From Somniosus microcephalus (Eukaryota), in contig CM126220.1 in assembly GCA_052327205.1 (NCBI GenBank), positions 13,206,001 to 13,270,000 of the forward strand: a stretch of DNA of 64,000 bases, written 5' to 3'. This document shows positions 62,151 through 64,000 of the stretch, piece by piece. The notes under the pieces are model-generated. The model was not told where the DNA came from. It searched no databases and saw nothing but the letters and a program-made list of their open reading frames with translations. Within the stretch, counting starts at the first letter, position 1, and every line of letters begins with the position of its first letter. Position numbers and translations under genes: made by a program.

Positions 62151-64000
62151 TTTCTTACTCATTCTGTACATGCAGTGAATAGCATAGATATAACAACTAG
62201 CTGGGTCAGACTTGCACGTTGTAAAAAAAATTAATACCTCACTGAAATAAATCATTATTTAAAACCTCTTCCTGAAAATGATCACAATTCCATTTTCGTG
62301 GTTCGCTACGAAGGAAAACATTACAATTGGGAAGTTTGAACAATTCTCAAATAGTGCAGCCGGCACAAATGAGCTCAATAATCATTAGTCGCGGATCAAG
62401 TTTAAATTTGGAGCTCTGACACTGTTTACACTTATAATTCATGAGTCACTTCCTGCTCCCAAATTTAATTTGCGCTCGTAATATAAATTGCCATGGAATT
62501 ATTTTAAATTTCTCCTTGCTGACTCATTCTCGGGCACAGCCTGTGAACTGAAATGAATTAACAGTGAACCAAACTAAATAAAGTTAAGTGCTGGCGGGAC
62601 AGCAGCTGCTGGGAAGGGTGTTAAGTGCATGAGCAAAGGTGCATTCGTGAAGACATTTCCTTCCCGACCTTTTGACACCTGCCGCTTGAGTGTAGCTGAA
62701 ATCATTCAGTCATTTCTCATTGAGCAAGTTCAATTTCTAGTTTAGGGACGGCAATAAACCCGCCACCCCAGAGAGTCTGACTTTATATTATTCATTAAAT
62801 ATAGGAAAATAAACCACGGAGTTGGACATTAAATCCAACACACGAACGCAGTTAAATCAATCACTATTACTGCCTAGACTCAACTATAACATTCACATGC
62901 ACGTCACAATCCTACAAACCTAATCAGCCTTGGGATAAATAATTAAAAATAATATTTAACTTTCAACATTAACCTACACTCAGGAGATTTTTTAAAAAGC
63001 GCAGTTGATCCTCGGTGATATAAACAATGATTAGGCCGTCACCCTCATATTAGTTCCTCTGAGAATGATTACAGATTTAATAAAAATATCAAATTACTTT
63101 AAAAGAAAGAATAATTAACACACAAAAAAACCTCCATCATTTGTGGATTAGCGAACTCGCCTCCCTGGTGGCGATATTTAACGCCTCTCCTGCAGCACCA
63201 TCTCTACATGGCCACGGCGTTTACTGTACAATGAATGATGATGCTAAATTTGTACCAACTACTTGTTGAGATCAGTGCACCGGTCCGACCGCTATTTTCG
63301 GTCCCATTCTCAGGAATAATCGCTTACTTTGTTCGGCGGATCACAAGTACTATGCCGGGGAGTATCAAACCTCTCTCTCAGTTTTGAAGCCACATTGCAA
63401 ATGTCTAACCCACCCCCCCCCCCACAAAAAATAATAATTCGAGGGAGTCAGAAACATACGCCCCTGAACTTGTTAAAAAGTTCTCAGAATTTCCTGAATC
63501 GCTTGAAATTCACAACCACGGTTTTGCATATTTTAAGAATTAAAATAGATGGTCAGACTTTTCTTAAATTGCCACGAGGAACTAGGAGCCGGGTTGGAAA
63601 ACCGAAGCTTCTCTCTGTGTGGTGATGGATTTAAAGGATTTTTTTCTCTCCAGGTTTCGGAACCTTTAGTGTTTAGATGTGTAAAACGGATGTTCTGTGT
63701 AGAACTGGAGAAGAATCCTTAGCAGGGTAATTGGAGAAAGGCAGAGCGACACAACTAACACGAGATTCTTCAAACAAACCAACCCACCATTACTTTGTGG
63801 AGCTCTTTTTGTTCTGGACTGCTGACACCGTCCTCAACACAATGGACAAGTTGTTCTTTATTAATTCGTTAGTGCAATAATGCGCAGTTCCACTAGCATG
63901 CAGATACTCCACATCCCAACAGTAGACTGGCGTTGCTACAATCTGTTATAAATATTTCCCGGAAGAGAATTGTGCAAATGTAATGCACGGCTTTGAGGAT

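Noticed and set aside
63157-63174. CTCF-like GCCTCCCTGGTGGCG
   Set aside because: Mismatches at key GGC core positions; too weak to call.

Overview
Vertebrate genomic DNA, most likely a cartilaginous fish (shark), judged from the repeat content: CR1 and L2 LINE 3' ends, Deu-domain tRNA-SINEs and Penelope-type palindromes. The only protein-coding gene is TBX1 (T-box transcription factor 1) on the minus strand. I reconstructed it by hand as 8 coding exons between 34764 and 18264, with continuous reading frame across all junctions. It has alternative N-termini: MISAISSPW (451 aa), MHFSTVTRDME (442 aa), and a longer MDESS form (491 aa) carrying an eh1/Groucho-type FSIASLI motif. One intron has a non-canonical GC-AG donor. 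The putative 3' UTR holds a dense CCAAT cluster, an miR-96-type 8mer and three UGUAGAUA elements. The most unusual non-genic signal is a family of about 11 dispersed, often palindromic repeats whose consensus folds as a minimal type I hammerhead ribozyme; one copy runs into the start of a Penelope-like ORF. No single copy has a fully intact ribozyme. All family assignments rest on recalled motifs, not database searches, and repeat boundaries are approximate.
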